Assembly: GCA_033763555.1 (NCBI GenBank)
Contig: JANRKK010000009.1
Coordinates: forward strand, 732 to 64,731
Direction: 5' to 3'
Source of the DNA: Alphaproteobacteria bacterium
GTDB taxonomy: Bacteria > Pseudomonadota > Alphaproteobacteria > UBA9219
Length of the DNA stretch: 64,000 nt
Shown: positions 30,711 to 44,171 of the stretch, one piece after another
Numbering within the stretch: position 1 is the first letter of the stretch
How the letters are laid out: each line of letters opens with the position of its first letter
Made by a program: the position numbers and the translations under genes
Notes under the pieces: model-generated
What the model was told of the DNA's origin: nothing
What the model saw: only the letters and a program-made list of their open reading frames with translations
Databases searched by the model: none

Positions 30711-33386
30711 TTAGGTTTTTTGCGCGGATTTTTTGACGGGCAGGCGCAGGACAATCTGCGTGCCCACGCCATCCGTGCCCGGCTGGGCGGTGATGCGTCC
30801 GCCATGCGCCTCGATAAAACCGCGACAGATCGCAAGCCCTAGCCCCGCGCCGCTGGCGGGGGCCGCGCCAATTTTCACCCGGTAAAACATATCGAACACA
30901 CGTTCCCGCTCATCTTCGGGGATGCCCGGCCCGCGATCGGTGACCGTCAGGCGCAGGCCCGAGGCTTCACGCCGCGCCGTGACCGTCAAAGGCTGGTCGA
31001 GCGGCGCATATTTGCAGGCATTGTCGATGATATTGACGAGAACGCGCTCAAGGATTGTGAAATCGCCATCCAGCGGCGGCAGATCATCAGGAATATCAAG
31101 GCGCAGAGGCCGCACACCGACCTGCTTGCGCAATTTCGCCAGCGCCGCGCCGACGACATCCTGCACATCCACGGCCTGGTGTTTCAGTTTTAAGCTTCCC
31201 GCCACCAGCTGCGTCATATCCAGCAGATTCTGGACAAAGCGGTTCAGACGGTCAGACTCATCCTCAATCGTTGCGAACAGATCACGCCGCGCCTTGTCGT
31301 CAAACTTATCCCAGTAATCGCGGAGGCTGGTGGTTGCACCCAAAATGGCAACCAGCGGTGTGCGCAAATCATGGCTGATGGTGGAAAGAAGGTTCGAGCG
31401 CATACGCTCCGTCTCGGTCTGCAGCCGCGCCTGCGAGATATCGGCCGTCAGGCTGGCGCGTTCGATGGAAGCAGCCGATTGGCTGGCAAGGCTGGCGAGA
31501 AAATTTTCCTGATCCGGCGACAGGGCCTCTTCCGGGGATACAGCCAGAATGCCAACGGTCTCCTTGCCCGCGCGCAGCGGCAACCCGTAAAAGGCGGCTC
31601 CCGGCAGGGTTTCCGAGTTCAGGCCCGCTGGACGGCCATGCCGCCAGGCCCAGTCCATCGCTGCGTTCGAGGCTGTGTCCAGCTGAGTATCCGCCGGGAA
31701 AGCCGCGGCGATTTCCAGCCTTTCCGCTTGCGGCAGCAGCAAGACCGTGCTGGCTTTCAGGCTCTGCGCCACATGCCGCACGGCGGCTTGCAGAATATCA
31801 TCCAGCGTTGCCGCTGCCGCGATGGTCTTGTTGAAATCATAGAGGGCCTGCGTGCGCTCGGCGTTGCGGCGGGTCACTTCCACCTGTCTTTGCAGCCGCG
31901 CGCCGATCAGGCTGATCGCCAGCGCGACGACAAGGAAGAAGGACAGAGTCAGGAAATCTTCAAAACGTTCGATGAAAAGGGAATAGCGAGGCGCGACAAA
32001 CAGGAAATCAAACGCAAGAAAACTGAGGAAGCTGGCAAAAGCGGAAATGCCGAAACCGTAATCCACCGCCACCAGCAGAATACCGATCAGATAGATCAGG
32101 GATAAAGTCGGCAGGTCGGTGAGATGCCCGGCACCCCAGGCAATGATGCTGGCCAGCGTGACAACCAAGGCCGCCTTGCCATAGGCAAACCAATCCAGCT
32201 TCGCCAGATTCGGTGCGGATGCGCGTGTCTCGCTACGTCGCCGCCGGGTTTCGCCGCCGCTCATGATCAGAATGTCAAAACTGCCGCCGCGGTCGAGCAC
32301 GGCCGCCGCCACTGAGGGGCGCAGCATGCGCGAGCTGAGCGGCCGTACCGATTTGCCGATGATCAGGGTGCTGACATTGCGCGTCCGCGCCACGCGCAGG
32401 ATTTCACCCGCGACATCCTCGCTGGCGACGGTCATGGTCTCGCCGCCCAAACTCTCGGCCAAATGTAACGCTTCCGTAACATCATGCCGCCCTTCTTCCG
32501 GCATGGCGGCATGGCGGTGGGTCTCGACATAGAGCGCCAGCCAGGGAATTTGTCGCCGTTCCGCCGCCCGCCGCGCCGTTCGCACCAGCGAGGCTGCCTG
32601 CCCGTCATCGGCGATGCAGACCATGATGCGGTCGCTGGTCGGCCATGGCCCCTCAATGGCGTGGCTGCGCATATAGCTCGCCATCTGCTCGTCGACGCGT
32701 TCGGCCACCTGCCGCAGGGCCAGCTCGCGCAGGGCGGTCAGATTGCCCGGCGTGAAGAAGCGGTTCATCGCCAGCCGCGCCTGTTCGGGGATATAGACCT
32801 TGCCTTCCTTCAAGCGCTGCAGAAGCTCGTCCGGCGTCAGATCGACCAGCTCGATCGAATCCGCTTTCTGCACCATGCTGTCCGGTACGGTTTCGCGGAC
32901 GGTCACGCCCGTGATGCGGGTGACGATGTCGTTCAGGCTTTCGATATGCTGGACGTTCAACGTCGAATAAACGTCAATCCCGGCTTCCAGGATTTCCTCG
33001 ACATCTTGATGGCGTTTCGGATGCCGCGCGCCGGGGATATTGGAGTGCGCCAGCTCATCGACCAGAACCAGCTTGGGCGCGCGATAGAGGATGGCGTCCA
33101 GATCCATTTCCTGAAAGGCGATGCCGCGGTAATCCAGGGTCTGGCGTGGCATGACCTCCAGCCCCTGCATCAGGTTGCTGGTTTCGCTGCGCTGATGCGT
33201 TTCGACCAGGCCGATAACGACATCAATCCCCTCTTTTTTACGCGCCTGTGCGGCGCGCAGCATGGAGTAGGTCTTGCCGACCCCGGGGGCGGCCCCGAGG
33301 AAAATCTTCAGCTTGCCGCGCTTTTCGCGGCGGACCTCGGCCAGCAGGGCGTCCGGCGACGGGCGGGTTTTTTCGGTGTCGCTCAT
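30711..33386 (-). CDS. kdpD: sensor histidine kinase KdpD
   Basis: 891 aa. The N-terminal KdpD domain carries a P-loop (LGAAPGVGKTYSML). This is followed by a Usp-like region, four TM helices, a GAF-like region, an H-box (STISHDLRTPL) and an HATPase region (DRGPGIP..., GAGLGLAICRG). Confidence 0.92.
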   Translation of the reverse strand: MSDTEKTRPSPDALLAEVRREKRGKLKIFLGAAPGVGKTYSMLRAAQARKKEGIDVVIGLVETHQRSETSNLMQGLEVMPRQTLDYRGIAFQEMDLDAILYRAPKLVLVDELAHSNIPGARHPKRHQDVEEILEAGIDVYSTLNVQHIESLNDIVTRITGVTVRETVPDSMVQKADSIELVDLTPDELLQRLKEGKVYIPEQARLAMNRFFTPGNLTALRELALRQVAERVDEQMASYMRSHAIEGPWPTSDRIMVCIADDGQAASLVRTARRAAERRQIPWLALYVETHRHAAMPEEGRHDVTEALHLAESLGGETMTVASEDVAGEILRVARTRNVSTLIIGKSVRPLSSRMLRPSVAAAVLDRGGSFDILIMSGGETRRRRSETRASAPNLAKLDWFAYGKAALVVTLASIIAWGAGHLTDLPTLSLIYLIGILLVAVDYGFGISAFASFLSFLAFDFLFVAPRYSLFIERFEDFLTLSFFLVVALAISLIGARLQRQVEVTRRNAERTQALYDFNKTIAAAATLDDILQAAVRHVAQSLKASTVLLLPQAERLEIAAAFPADTQLDTASNAAMDWAWRHGRPAGLNSETLPGAAFYGLPLRAGKETVGILAVSPEEALSPDQENFLASLASQSAASIERASLTADISQARLQTETERMRSNLLSTISHDLRTPLVAILGATTSLRDYWDKFDDKARRDLFATIEDESDRLNRFVQNLLDMTQLVAGSLKLKHQAVDVQDVVGAALAKLRKQVGVRPLRLDIPDDLPPLDGDFTILERVLVNIIDNACKYAPLDQPLTVTARREASGLRLTVTDRGPGIPEDERERVFDMFYRVKIGAAPASGAGLGLAICRGFIEAHGGRITAQPGTDGVGTQIVLRLPVKKSAQKT

Positions 33387-33490
33387 GGGCCTCTGTCTTA
33401 GACCATTTTGGGGCTTATCAAAAGCCTTGCCGCACCCGGATTTTTATGTCACAGGACAGCGCCTTAATACTCAGACTAAGGAGATTCGGA

Positions 33491-33793
33491 GTGGCTAAAA
33501 CAGAATGGGGGCTGAAGCGCATTTGCCCGAGCTGCAGCACACGCTATTACGATATGAAAAAGAATCCGCCCGTATGCCCGTCTTGCGGCACGGTGTTTGA
33601 TCCTGAAAACCTCGTGCGTTCGCGCCGGGGCCGGACGGCCGATAAAAAGGCAGCTGTAGCCGCACCCTCGCCGGAAGAGGTGATTGAAGATATTCCCGCC
33701 GCCGAAGGGAATGATACGGAAGACAGCCTGATCGAAGATGCCGAAGAACTCGGCGCGAACGACGTCGAAGAAGTCGTCGAGGTCGAGGAATAA
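33491..33793 (+). CDS. TIGR02300-type zinc-ribbon protein with acidic tail (FYDLN_acid family)
   Basis: The GTG start is preceded by AAGGAG. VAKTEWGLKRICPSCSTRYYDMKKNPPVCPSCGTVFDPE... is followed by a long acidic C-terminus, the characteristic family layout. Confidence 0.75.
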   Translation: MAKTEWGLKRICPSCSTRYYDMKKNPPVCPSCGTVFDPENLVRSRRGRTADKKAAVAAPSPEEVIEDIPAAEGNDTEDSLIEDAEELGANDVEEVVEVEE

Positions 33794-33881
33794 GCCGCCT
33801 GTCCAGGCCCCGGAAAATTAGGGAGTAGGCGCTTGCAGGGGTTCTGGGTTATAGATTCAGAACCATGCCGGACATCCAACC

Positions 33882-35231
33882 ATGCCCTTGATTCAGCCCC
33901 GCACCCCGCCCGGGACGCATGAACTTCTGCCGCGCGAGCAGGCGGTGTTCCAGCGTATGCTGGATACCATCCGCCGCGGCTTCGAGCGTTTCGGCTTTGT
34001 GCCTATCGAGACGCCCGCCTTCGAGATGAAGGATGTGCTGCTGACCAAATCGGGCGGCGAAACGGAAAAACAGATCTATTTTGTCCAATCCACGGGCGCC
34101 ATCCAGCAGGGGCATGAGCCCGATCTCGCGCTGCGTTTTGACCTGACCGTGCCGCTGGCACGCTATGTCGCCGAGCATGAACGCGAGTTGGCTTTTCCTT
34201 TCCGTCGCTATCAGATTCAACGGGTCTATCGCGGCGAACGCGCGCAGCGCGGCCGCTTCCGTGAATTTTACCAGTGCGACATTGATGTGGTCGGCAAGGA
34301 CAAGCTGGATGCCGCCTATGACGCCGAACTTCCCGCGATCATCGTGCAGATTTTTGAAGAGATGCAGATCGGCAATTTCACCATTCATTTCAGCAACCGC
34401 AAAGTTCTGCTCGGGCTCCTGGCCGATTTCGGCCTGACCGAGCCGGCACAGCAGAAGCGTGTGCTGACCGAAATCGACAAGCTCGACAAAATCGGCATGG
34501 AGAAAATCCACGGGCTTCTGCGTGAGGCAGGGCTGAGCGACGCGCAGCTGGAGCAGCTCCTGCGCCTCATCACCCATAAGGGCAGCAAGGAGCAGATGCT
34601 GGAATCCCTCCGTGCCCAGAAGATCGACAATCCTCTGTTCCGCCAGGGTGTGCAGGAACTGGAACAGATGGTGGCGGCCCTTAAGGCCCTTGGTGTACCA
34701 GACAGGCGCACGCGGCTTAGCCTCGCCATCGCGCGAGGCCTCGATTACTACACTGGCACGGTCTATGAAACGCTGATCGACGACCATCCCGAATTCGGCA
34801 GTGTCTGTTCCGGCGGTCGTTATGACGATCTCGCCAGCCTCTACACCAGATCGCGCCTGCCGGGCGTGGGGCTTTCCATTGGTTTAACCCGGCTTTTTGA
34901 CCAGCTGCGCGCCAGCAATCTCCTGCCTTTTGTGCCAAGTTCTGTGCATGTGTTGATCACGCAAATTGATCCGCAGCTGGGCGCGGCCTATCTCGCGCTG
35001 GCGACGGAACTGCGTCAGGCGGGCTTTAACGTGGAGAATTACCTGGAGCCTGCCAAACTCGACAAGCAGCTGAAATATGCGGACAAGGCCGGAATTCCGC
35101 TGGCCATCCTGATGGGCCCGGATGAGCAGGCCAAAGGCACGATGATTGTGAAAGAGCTTGCGACCAAAACGCAAAAAGAAGTCTCCCGCCAGAATGCGGC
35201 GCAGGACATCCTTCAATTTATGCTGGGATAG
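33882..35231 (+). CDS. hisS: histidine--tRNA ligase
   Basis: 449 aa with class II motifs (FRRYQIQRVYRGERAQRGRFREFYQCD; GSVCSGGRYD; GVGLSIGLTRL) and a C-terminal anticodon-binding domain (VLITQID...AGIPLAILMGPDE), so it is not HisZ. Confidence 0.88.
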   Translation: MPLIQPRTPPGTHELLPREQAVFQRMLDTIRRGFERFGFVPIETPAFEMKDVLLTKSGGETEKQIYFVQSTGAIQQGHEPDLALRFDLTVPLARYVAEHERELAFPFRRYQIQRVYRGERAQRGRFREFYQCDIDVVGKDKLDAAYDAELPAIIVQIFEEMQIGNFTIHFSNRKVLLGLLADFGLTEPAQQKRVLTEIDKLDKIGMEKIHGLLREAGLSDAQLEQLLRLITHKGSKEQMLESLRAQKIDNPLFRQGVQELEQMVAALKALGVPDRRTRLSLAIARGLDYYTGTVYETLIDDHPEFGSVCSGGRYDDLASLYTRSRLPGVGLSIGLTRLFDQLRASNLLPFVPSSVHVLITQIDPQLGAAYLALATELRQAGFNVENYLEPAKLDKQLKYADKAGIPLAILMGPDEQAKGTMIVKELATKTQKEVSRQNAAQDILQFMLG

Positions 35232-35234
35232 GTT

Positions 35235-36179
35235 TTAGGCCGTTTCGGCGCCCGTCATCCGCCAGGCGGAGGGGTCGGAGAACAGGGCATGCAGCAGGCG
35301 GTTGTTCAGGGCATGGCCCGAACAATAGCCGTGGAAATGGCCCTGAATGACGGCTCCGGCCAAGGCCAGATCGCCCACGGCGTCCAGCAGCTTGTGGCGT
35401 ACGAATTCATCCGTGTAGCGCAGGCCGTCTTCGTTCATGACCTGCTCGTCCTTGATAACGATGGCGTTGTTCAGCGAGCCGCCGCGAGCAAAACCCATCT
35501 TGCGCAGCGCATCGACTTCCTCAAAGAAACCAAAGGTGCGGGCACGGCCGATCTCGCTCTTGAAGCCGTGCGGCGACAGGGTGATGCCGTAGCTCTGACG
35601 GCTGATCGGCGCGCGGTCGAAATCAATCTCGAAGCTGAAGCTGGAATCAGCAGCAGGCGTCAGCTTCGCCTGCTTGTTGCCATGTGTAACTTCGATGGGG
35701 CTGAGAATTTCAATCACGCGGCGCGGTGCGTTTTGTTCGGTGGTTCCTGCCATCTCGATCAGGAACACGAAGGGGTCGGAGCTGCCATCCATGACGGGAA
35801 CTTCCGCGCCGTCGATTTCGATGATGGCGTTGTCGATACCATAGGCATGCAGGGCGGCCATCAGGTGCTCGATAGTGGCGACGCGCGCGCCAGCCTTGTT
35901 GCCGATGACGGTGCAGAGTTGTGTGTCGACGACATGATCCCAGCGCGCAGGAATATGACGCGCGCCATTCTTCAAATCCGTGCGGACGAAAACGATGCCT
36001 GTATCTTCCGGCGCGGGCAGAAGGCGCAGCGTGACTTTCTCACCCGAATGCACACCGATGCCGGAGCATTCCGTTTCGCCACGCAGGGTGCGTTGAAGCA
36101 TGCTGCCCGCCGCAGGCAAAACCCCGCTTGGAGATGTTTCTGTATTCACAGCCGGGTGCATGGCGTCATAAGGTGTCAC
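35235..36179 (-). CDS. lpxC: UDP-3-O-acyl-N-acetylglucosamine deacetylase
   Basis: 314 aa with LRGETECSGIGVHSG...TIEHLMAAL...GIDN...EVPVMDGSS..F...HKLLDAVGDLALAG, the LpxC signature. Position downstream of ftsZ is as in the dcw cluster. Confidence 0.92.
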   Translation of the reverse strand: MTPYDAMHPAVNTETSPSGVLPAAGSMLQRTLRGETECSGIGVHSGEKVTLRLLPAPEDTGIVFVRTDLKNGARHIPARWDHVVDTQLCTVIGNKAGARVATIEHLMAALHAYGIDNAIIEIDGAEVPVMDGSSDPFVFLIEMAGTTEQNAPRRVIEILSPIEVTHGNKQAKLTPAADSSFSFEIDFDRAPISRQSYGITLSPHGFKSEIGRARTFGFFEEVDALRKMGFARGGSLNNAIVIKDEQVMNEDGLRYTDEFVRHKLLDAVGDLALAGAVIQGHFHGYCSGHALNNRLLHALFSDPSAWRMTGAETA

Positions 36180-36320
36180 GGGAGTGCTCGGAGAAGAGTA
36201 GAAGGCCCATAGGAATCAATCGGTTGGCCTAGTTGTACCTGTGCGCTGCCTTCAATCCCAGACAAGCTTTCTTACGCTTTGTTACAAGTCTAACTATCTG
36301 ATTTTTAATGAAAATTCCCA

Positions 36321-36351
36321 CAAAGAAAAAGCGCGGCTTTCGCCGCGCTTT
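36321..36351 (-). terminator. rho-independent terminator after ftsZ
   Basis: On the minus strand, a hairpin AAGCGCGGC-GAAA-GCCGCGCTT is followed by TTTCTTTG, about 20 nt after the ftsZ stop. Confidence 0.7.
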
Positions 36352-36373
36352 AAGGAAAACCAGCCGAAGCTGA

Positions 36374-38068
36374 TTAATGGTTGGTCTGGCGTCTTAAGAA
36401 AGCCGGGATTTCCAGCCTGTCATCGGCCATGTCGGAGGACAGAGCGGGCCTGTCCGACGGGTCGATGCCGAGGCGTGGCTGCTGTTCCACCAGCGCTTCG
36501 TCCGGCAGCTGGATTTCATCCAACTCGCCCTGATGCGCCGAAGGACGCACAAGGCCGAAGCCTGTGATGCGCGTGAACAGCGATTCCGTCCGGCGCATGC
36601 GGCGCTGGTCGGCGGCCGACACCGCAGCTTGTGCCGGGGCAGTCAATTGCGTCACGCGCATATCGACGGGTGGCTGCGCCGGAGCAGCAGGAGCGGCCTG
36701 TGCCTGAACACTTTGTGACGATACAGGCGGTATGGAGGGACGCGGCGTCGTTGCCGGGCGCGGCGAGTAGCTTTGCGGACGCGGCTGCGCCGAAGCCTGC
36801 ATAGGCCGGGGTTGCGCGGGAGGAGCCTGCATCTGCACAGGCGGCTGCACGGCCTGCTGCACCGGAGGATCGATATATTCCGGTTCGATGTCCACGGGCG
36901 CGGCTTCCGGTTCCTTCATGTACACGGGCTCAACAGGCTGCTGCGCCACGGTTCGCGGCGTCACGGCCTGTGGCATCGTGAAATAGGACGATGTCGAGGG
37001 CGCGGTGACATGCTGCGGTACAGGGGGGCGGTTGGTTTGTGTCTGCACCGACGGCACAACGCGCAATTGCGCGGCGCCAGCGGCGCGCGTCGCTCCCACG
37101 GCGGCGGCATCGATACCTGTGGCGATGACGGAAACGCGGATGCGGCCATCCATGTTTTCGCCGAGCGTCGAGCCGACCTTGATCTGCGCGTCGGGGTCGA
37201 CTTCTTCGCGGATGCGGTTCGCGGCCTGATCGACCTCGAACAAAGTCATATCCATGCCGCCCGTGATGTTGATCAGCACGCCGCGCGCGCCCTTCATCGA
37301 GACATCGTCGAGCAGCGGGTTGGAAATGGCGGCTTCGGCGGCGCGGATGGAGCGGTTTTCGCCCTCGGCCTCGCCCGTGCCCATCATCGCCTTGCCCATT
37401 TCGCCCATGACGGTTTTGACGTCGGCGAAATCGAGATTCATGAAGCCCGGCATGACCATCAGATCAGTGATGCCGCGCACGCCGGAATGCAGCACTTCAT
37501 CGGCCATGCGGAAGGCGTCGGCGAAGGTGGTGCGTTCAGTGGCGATGCGGAAGAGGTTCTGGTTCGGGATGACGATCAGCGTATCGACATATTGCTGCAG
37601 CTCGGCGATGCCGGATTCCGCCTGGCGCATGCGTGTCCCGCCCTCGAAATGGAACGGCTTGGTGACGACGCCGACGGTGAGGATGCCAGCTTCGCGCGCG
37701 GCGCGGGCGATGACGGGTGCGGCGCCTGTGCCAGTACCGCCACCCATGCCAGCGGTGACGAACAGCATGTCCGAACCTTCGAGGCAGGCCATGATGTCGG
37801 CCAATTGTTCTTCCGCGGCGGCACGGCCCATATCGGGCTTGGAGCCTGCGCCGAGTCCGCGCGACAGATTGATGCCGAGTTGAATTTTACGCGGCGCGAG
37901 TGAAAGCGCCAGAGCCTGCGAGTCGGTGTTGGCGCCGATAAAATCGCAGCCTTCCAGATTGCAGCGAATCATATTGTTGATGGCATTGCCGCCAGCGCCG
38001 CCGATACCCATGACCGTCAGGCGCGGGCGCAAATTGTGATCGGGATCCGCCATCGATAAATTGATCAT
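36374..38068 (-). CDS. ftsZ: cell division protein FtsZ (with long Pro/Gln-rich linker)
   Basis: ...[15 protein letters not shown]...NTDSQAL...GLGAG..P..G...[19 protein letters not shown]... The C-terminal peptide is [10 protein letters not shown]. The preferred start is ATG 38068, preceded by AAGGAGGG; the track ORF starts at TTG 38113. Confidence 0.93.
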   Translation of the reverse strand: MINLSMADPDHNLRPRLTVMGIGGAGGNAINNMIRCNLEGCDFIGANTDSQALALSLAPRKIQLGINLSRGLGAGSKPDMGRAAAEEQLADIMACLEGSDMLFVTAGMGGGTGTGAAPVIARAAREAGILTVGVVTKPFHFEGGTRMRQAESGIAELQQYVDTLIVIPNQNLFRIATERTTFADAFRMADEVLHSGVRGITDLMVMPGFMNLDFADVKTVMGEMGKAMMGTGEAEGENRSIRAAEAAISNPLLDDVSMKGARGVLINITGGMDMTLFEVDQAANRIREEVDPDAQIKVGSTLGENMDGRIRVSVIATGIDAAAVGATRAAGAAQLRVVPSVQTQTNRPPVPQHVTAPSTSSYFTMPQAVTPRTVAQQPVEPVYMKEPEAAPVDIEPEYIDPPVQQAVQPPVQMQAPPAQPRPMQASAQPRPQSYSPRPATTPRPSIPPVSSQSVQAQAAPAAPAQPPVDMRVTQLTAPAQAAVSAADQRRMRRTESLFTRITGFGLVRPSAHQGELDEIQLPDEALVEQQPRLGIDPSDRPALSSDMADDRLEIPAFLRRQTNH

Positions 38069-38146
38069 CCTAAAACCCTCCTTGGGGATGCAACCCGGAA
38101 CGCGTCTTGACAATTAATCGGAAGCGTCCGCAGCGGCACTGTTAGT

Positions 38147-38383
38147 GATTCGTTCATATGAATCCTTTCCGTTGATTCGCGCAAGGGGAAGATGATTCGC
38201 CGATGCAAAAAACACCGATGCCTGCGGCAAAAAATTAACATCCGGGGTTGCAAGGCGAGGGGACGCTGCGCACGAAAAGCGGATGCGCATTCTGAAGAAT
38301 GATTCCTAAACCGCTGGATTTCAAAATTTTTATGGAATCGCACGACTCGCTGTGAATCCGGATGCAACTTGATCGATTGATTC
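38147..38383. promoter_or_regulatory. cluster of nine GANTC (CcrM methylation) sites upstream of ftsZ
   Basis: GANTC starts at 38147, 38160, 38174, 38194, 38301, 38335, 38344, 38354 and 38379. The 10-bp palindrome TTCATATGAA lies at 38153-38162. Confidence 0.6.
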
Positions 38384-38437
38384 GGTTGCGATACAGTCAC
38401 TTCTATTCTTTTAACGCTCAAGCAAACGGGGCATTCA

Positions 38438-38719
38438 ATGTCAAAATCACTTATACTCCAAGTTAATCAGCAGCCTGTTCGTACTGAAGGCTGGTCAGCA
38501 CAGATTTATGATTCTGGTACGACCATAGTATCCTTCATTATCGCGGGTGATGAGGATCAAGAAACACACAGAGCTCTTCTTGCTTTGCCTTATACGGATT
38601 TTCAGAAGCGGGTTGGCGATATTGAAGGGAATGGCGATTGTGATTTTACAGCTTGTCAGGCTGTTCGTCCTGCGACGCGTACTGGCACTGGCATAGAATC
38701 GCCACAACCGCGTTCATAG
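38438..38719 (+). CDS. hypothetical 93-aa ORF in the AT-rich ftsZ upstream region (weak)
   Basis: Only ORF length and AT-rich context support it. No clear SD and no recognised family. Confidence 0.2.
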   Translation: MSKSLILQVNQQPVRTEGWSAQIYDSGTTIVSFIIAGDEDQETHRALLALPYTDFQKRVGDIEGNGDCDFTACQAVRPATRTGTGIESPQPRS

Positions 38720-38735
38720 CTGGTTGTAAATTCAA

Positions 38736-40217
38736 TTATTCCGGCAGTGACAATTGCCGCGGGTCGTTTTCGTCATCGACGCGGGCGATACGCAGGACAT
38801 TGGTGTTGCCCGGCATGCCGAAGGGAACGCCTGCGGTGATGACAACGCGCTGGCCGCTGCGGGCCAGCCCGTCGCGCTTGGCGATTTGCGCGGCCTTGTG
38901 AACCATCTCATTAAAGCTGGCGACATCGGCGGTATGCACGGCGTGAACGCCGAAGGACAAAGTCAGCCGCCGCGCGGTCTCCAGCTTGGAGGTCAGGCAC
39001 AGTACCGGGACATCGGGCCGTTCGCGCGCCGCGCGCAGGGTGGTTGAACCAGACGTGGTGTAGGTGACAATCGCCGCTGCCTCGATGGTTTGCGCCACCT
39101 GCCGCGCTGCCGCTGTGATGGCATCTGCCGCTGTCGCTTCCAGATCGGGATGCTGGACGACAAGACCCTTCTGATAGTCAGGATCATGCTGGGTGTGGCG
39201 GGCGATGCGGTCCATCATTGCCACGGCTTCAACCGGATACTGGCCGGATGCGCTTTCGGCCGACAGCATGATGGCATCGGTGCCTTCATAAACTGCTGCC
39301 GCGACGTCCGAAGCTTCGGCGCGCGTCGGCGTGGGGCTGGAGATCATGGATTCCAGCATCTGCGTCGCGACAATCACGGGTTTACCGATGCGACGCGCTT
39401 CGCGGACGATCAGCTTTTGCGTGCGCGGCACATCCTCGGGCGGCATTTCAACGCCCAGATCGCCGCGCGCCACCATGACGCCGTCGGCCTGTTCCAGAAT
39501 GGGCAGAAGATTTTTCACGGCGGCAGGCTTTTCGATTTTCGCCAGCAAGGCGGCGCGATTGCCGACGAGCTTGCGCGCTTCTTCAATATCCTCAGGACGC
39601 TGGACGAAAGACAGCGCGACCCAATCAACGCCCATGGCCAGCGCGGCCTCCAGATCGGTTTTGTCCTTGGAGGTCAGCGGCGACAGAGGCAGCACGGCAT
39701 TCGGCACATTGATGCCCTTGCGGTCAGACAATTTGCGCCCGGCGATAACAATTGTGTCGGCAAAATCCTTGCCGCGCTTCTTGACGCGTAGGCGCACCTT
39801 GCCGTCATCCAGCAGGATTTCGGTGTCCTTTTCCAGCGCCGCAAAAATTTCGGGATGCGGCAGCGAAACGCGCTTGGCGTCACCCGGCGCGGGGTCAAGA
39901 TCGATACGGAAATCCTGCCCGGCTTCCAGCGTAATGGGGCCTTTGCCAAAGGTGCCGATGCGCAGCTTCGGCCCCTGCAGGTCGGCCAGCACGCCAATGG
40001 GGCGCCCTATGGCCTGTTCCACTTCGCGGATAAGGGCCAGGCGCGCGCGGTGCTCATCAATCTTGCCATGGCTGAAATTCAGGCGGAATACATCCGCGCC
40101 TGCATCCACCAGAGCGCGTATTATCTCTCGGGTCGAGGAGGCGGGGCCGAGCGTCGCGACGATCTTGGTCTGGCGCTGGCGGTGGGAGGGCGGAGGCGTC
40201 ATTGGTGGTGCGGACAA
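38736..40217 (-). CDS. pyk: pyruvate kinase
   Basis: 493 aa with TKIVATLGPAS...FRLNFSHG...ADLQGPKLR...INVPN...ALSFV...IAKIE...MVARGDLGVE...ATQMLESM, the PK signature. Confidence 0.93.
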   Translation of the reverse strand: MSAPPMTPPPSHRQRQTKIVATLGPASSTREIIRALVDAGADVFRLNFSHGKIDEHRARLALIREVEQAIGRPIGVLADLQGPKLRIGTFGKGPITLEAGQDFRIDLDPAPGDAKRVSLPHPEIFAALEKDTEILLDDGKVRLRVKKRGKDFADTIVIAGRKLSDRKGINVPNAVLPLSPLTSKDKTDLEAALAMGVDWVALSFVQRPEDIEEARKLVGNRAALLAKIEKPAAVKNLLPILEQADGVMVARGDLGVEMPPEDVPRTQKLIVREARRIGKPVIVATQMLESMISSPTPTRAEASDVAAAVYEGTDAIMLSAESASGQYPVEAVAMMDRIARHTQHDPDYQKGLVVQHPDLEATAADAITAAARQVAQTIEAAAIVTYTTSGSTTLRAARERPDVPVLCLTSKLETARRLTLSFGVHAVHTADVASFNEMVHKAAQIAKRDGLARSGQRVVITAGVPFGMPGNTNVLRIARVDDENDPRQLSLPE

Positions 40218-40352
40218 AGCTTACTCTAATAGTTTCGCAGATTCGCCCGAGTTTATAGCCTTGTAAAGCCTCTGTCTTGTTTTTCCGCAGGCGGTATGCT
40301 CTCCTTCAAGCGTTAAGTCCGGTGCAACTCTCCATTTGTCAGGGGACTTTTT

Positions 40353-40670
40353 ATGCTGGATTGGATCACCCTCTGCGCCGCTGTTACGGCCATCTCCGCC
40401 ACGGGTTTTGTCGTGGTGGCGGTGATGTGGCTGCGTAAATTGCGTGAAACGGTCTCTGTGGCGCTGGCCGAAGCTGCCAGCCAGCAGGTGCGCACCGCCC
40501 AGCGGCTCAGCGAGGCGCTTGCCCAGGTCGAAAAGCAGCAGCGCGGCTATGAACAGCAATTGCAGATTTTATCCCAGGCCAACACCCAATTGCGGCAGGG
40601 GCTGGCGAATGTCGCCACAAGGCTGGAGAACCCCGCCAACACCGCCCGTGGCGATCAGACAGTCCACTAA
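40353..40670 (+). CDS. hypothetical membrane-anchored coiled-coil protein
   Basis: 105 aa with an N-terminal TM helix (ITLCAAVTAISATGFVVVAVMWL) followed by a heptad-like Gln/Leu-rich helix. Confidence 0.4.
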   Translation: MLDWITLCAAVTAISATGFVVVAVMWLRKLRETVSVALAEAASQQVRTAQRLSEALAQVEKQQRGYEQQLQILSQANTQLRQGLANVATRLENPANTARGDQTVH

Positions 40671-40681
40671 AACCGGAATTT

Positions 40682-40719
40682 CCCCAAAAGAAAACGGCCG
40701 CCCCGTGAAGGGCGGCCGT
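40682..40719 (-). terminator. rho-independent terminator after the OmpA-family gene (hairpin usable from both strands)
   Basis: Perfect 10-bp stem ACGGCCGCCC/GGGCGGCCGT. On the minus strand it is followed by TTTTCTTTTGGGG. Confidence 0.8.
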
Positions 40720-40749
40720 AATCTTATGCAAACCTTTTGAAAGGTTCGT

Positions 40750-41250
40750 TTAGTTCACCACGAAAGCGGCGCGGCGGTTTGCAGCGCGGCCAGCAGCGGT
40801 TGAGTTTGTGGCAACAGGGTCGGCTTCGCCGAGACCTTCAGCCGACAGAACGTTCGCCGAGACGCCTTGAGCGATCAGCGCGTTCATGACGCGAGCCGCA
40901 CGGCGTTGTGACAGAGCGAGGTTCTTGGTCGGGTCACCCTTGCTGTCGGTGTAGCCGACAACCGTGACACGGCCGCGGAACGACGGATCCTTCAGGATCG
41001 CCGCAACCTTCTTCACCGTGGCGGTGCCCTTGGCGCTCAGCTTATCGGAACCGGTGGCGAAATTGACCACCATGTCAAGCTTGGAGCCCAGAGCGCACTG
41101 GTTGACCCGGTGCGTGGCGTTGATTTCGCGAGCTTCGATCGAGACTTGGCCAGGATAGCTCGACACAGTCTTCATGCCGGAGCAGGAGATGACCATGCCT
41201 GACATCAGCACAAGCGTCAGAGCTGGCAGGAACTTGGATACGGATTTCAT
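40750..41250 (-). CDS. OmpA-family lipoprotein (peptidoglycan-binding)
   Basis: Lipobox LMSGMVISC plus the OmpA_C motif (FATGSDKLS...VVGYTDSKGDPTKNLALSQRRAARV...NRRAAF). Confidence 0.85.
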   Translation of the reverse strand: MKSVSKFLPALTLVLMSGMVISCSGMKTVSSYPGQVSIEAREINATHRVNQCALGSKLDMVVNFATGSDKLSAKGTATVKKVAAILKDPSFRGRVTVVGYTDSKGDPTKNLALSQRRAARVMNALIAQGVSANVLSAEGLGEADPVATNSTAAGRAANRRAAFVVN

Positions 41251-41319
41251 GTTACTTCCCTTTCTTAGATGGTCGTTTAACAGGTTGGGTCGGGGGTCTT
41301 GAACTCTTTGCGGGTGGTT

Positions 41320-44017
<2,698 letters not shown>

Positions 44018-44171
44018 GGCGGTCTCCTGCGGGGTGCAAAGTGCAGAAACCAGGCATCACGCCCCGGAAAAATTCAGCCTGCTTCCTGGGATACCTGTTG
44101 TCTGCCGCCCGGATGTGCTACCAACCTTTTCTTGCCAACAGGTTAAACCCTTTCGCTTGTTTCGACCAAAT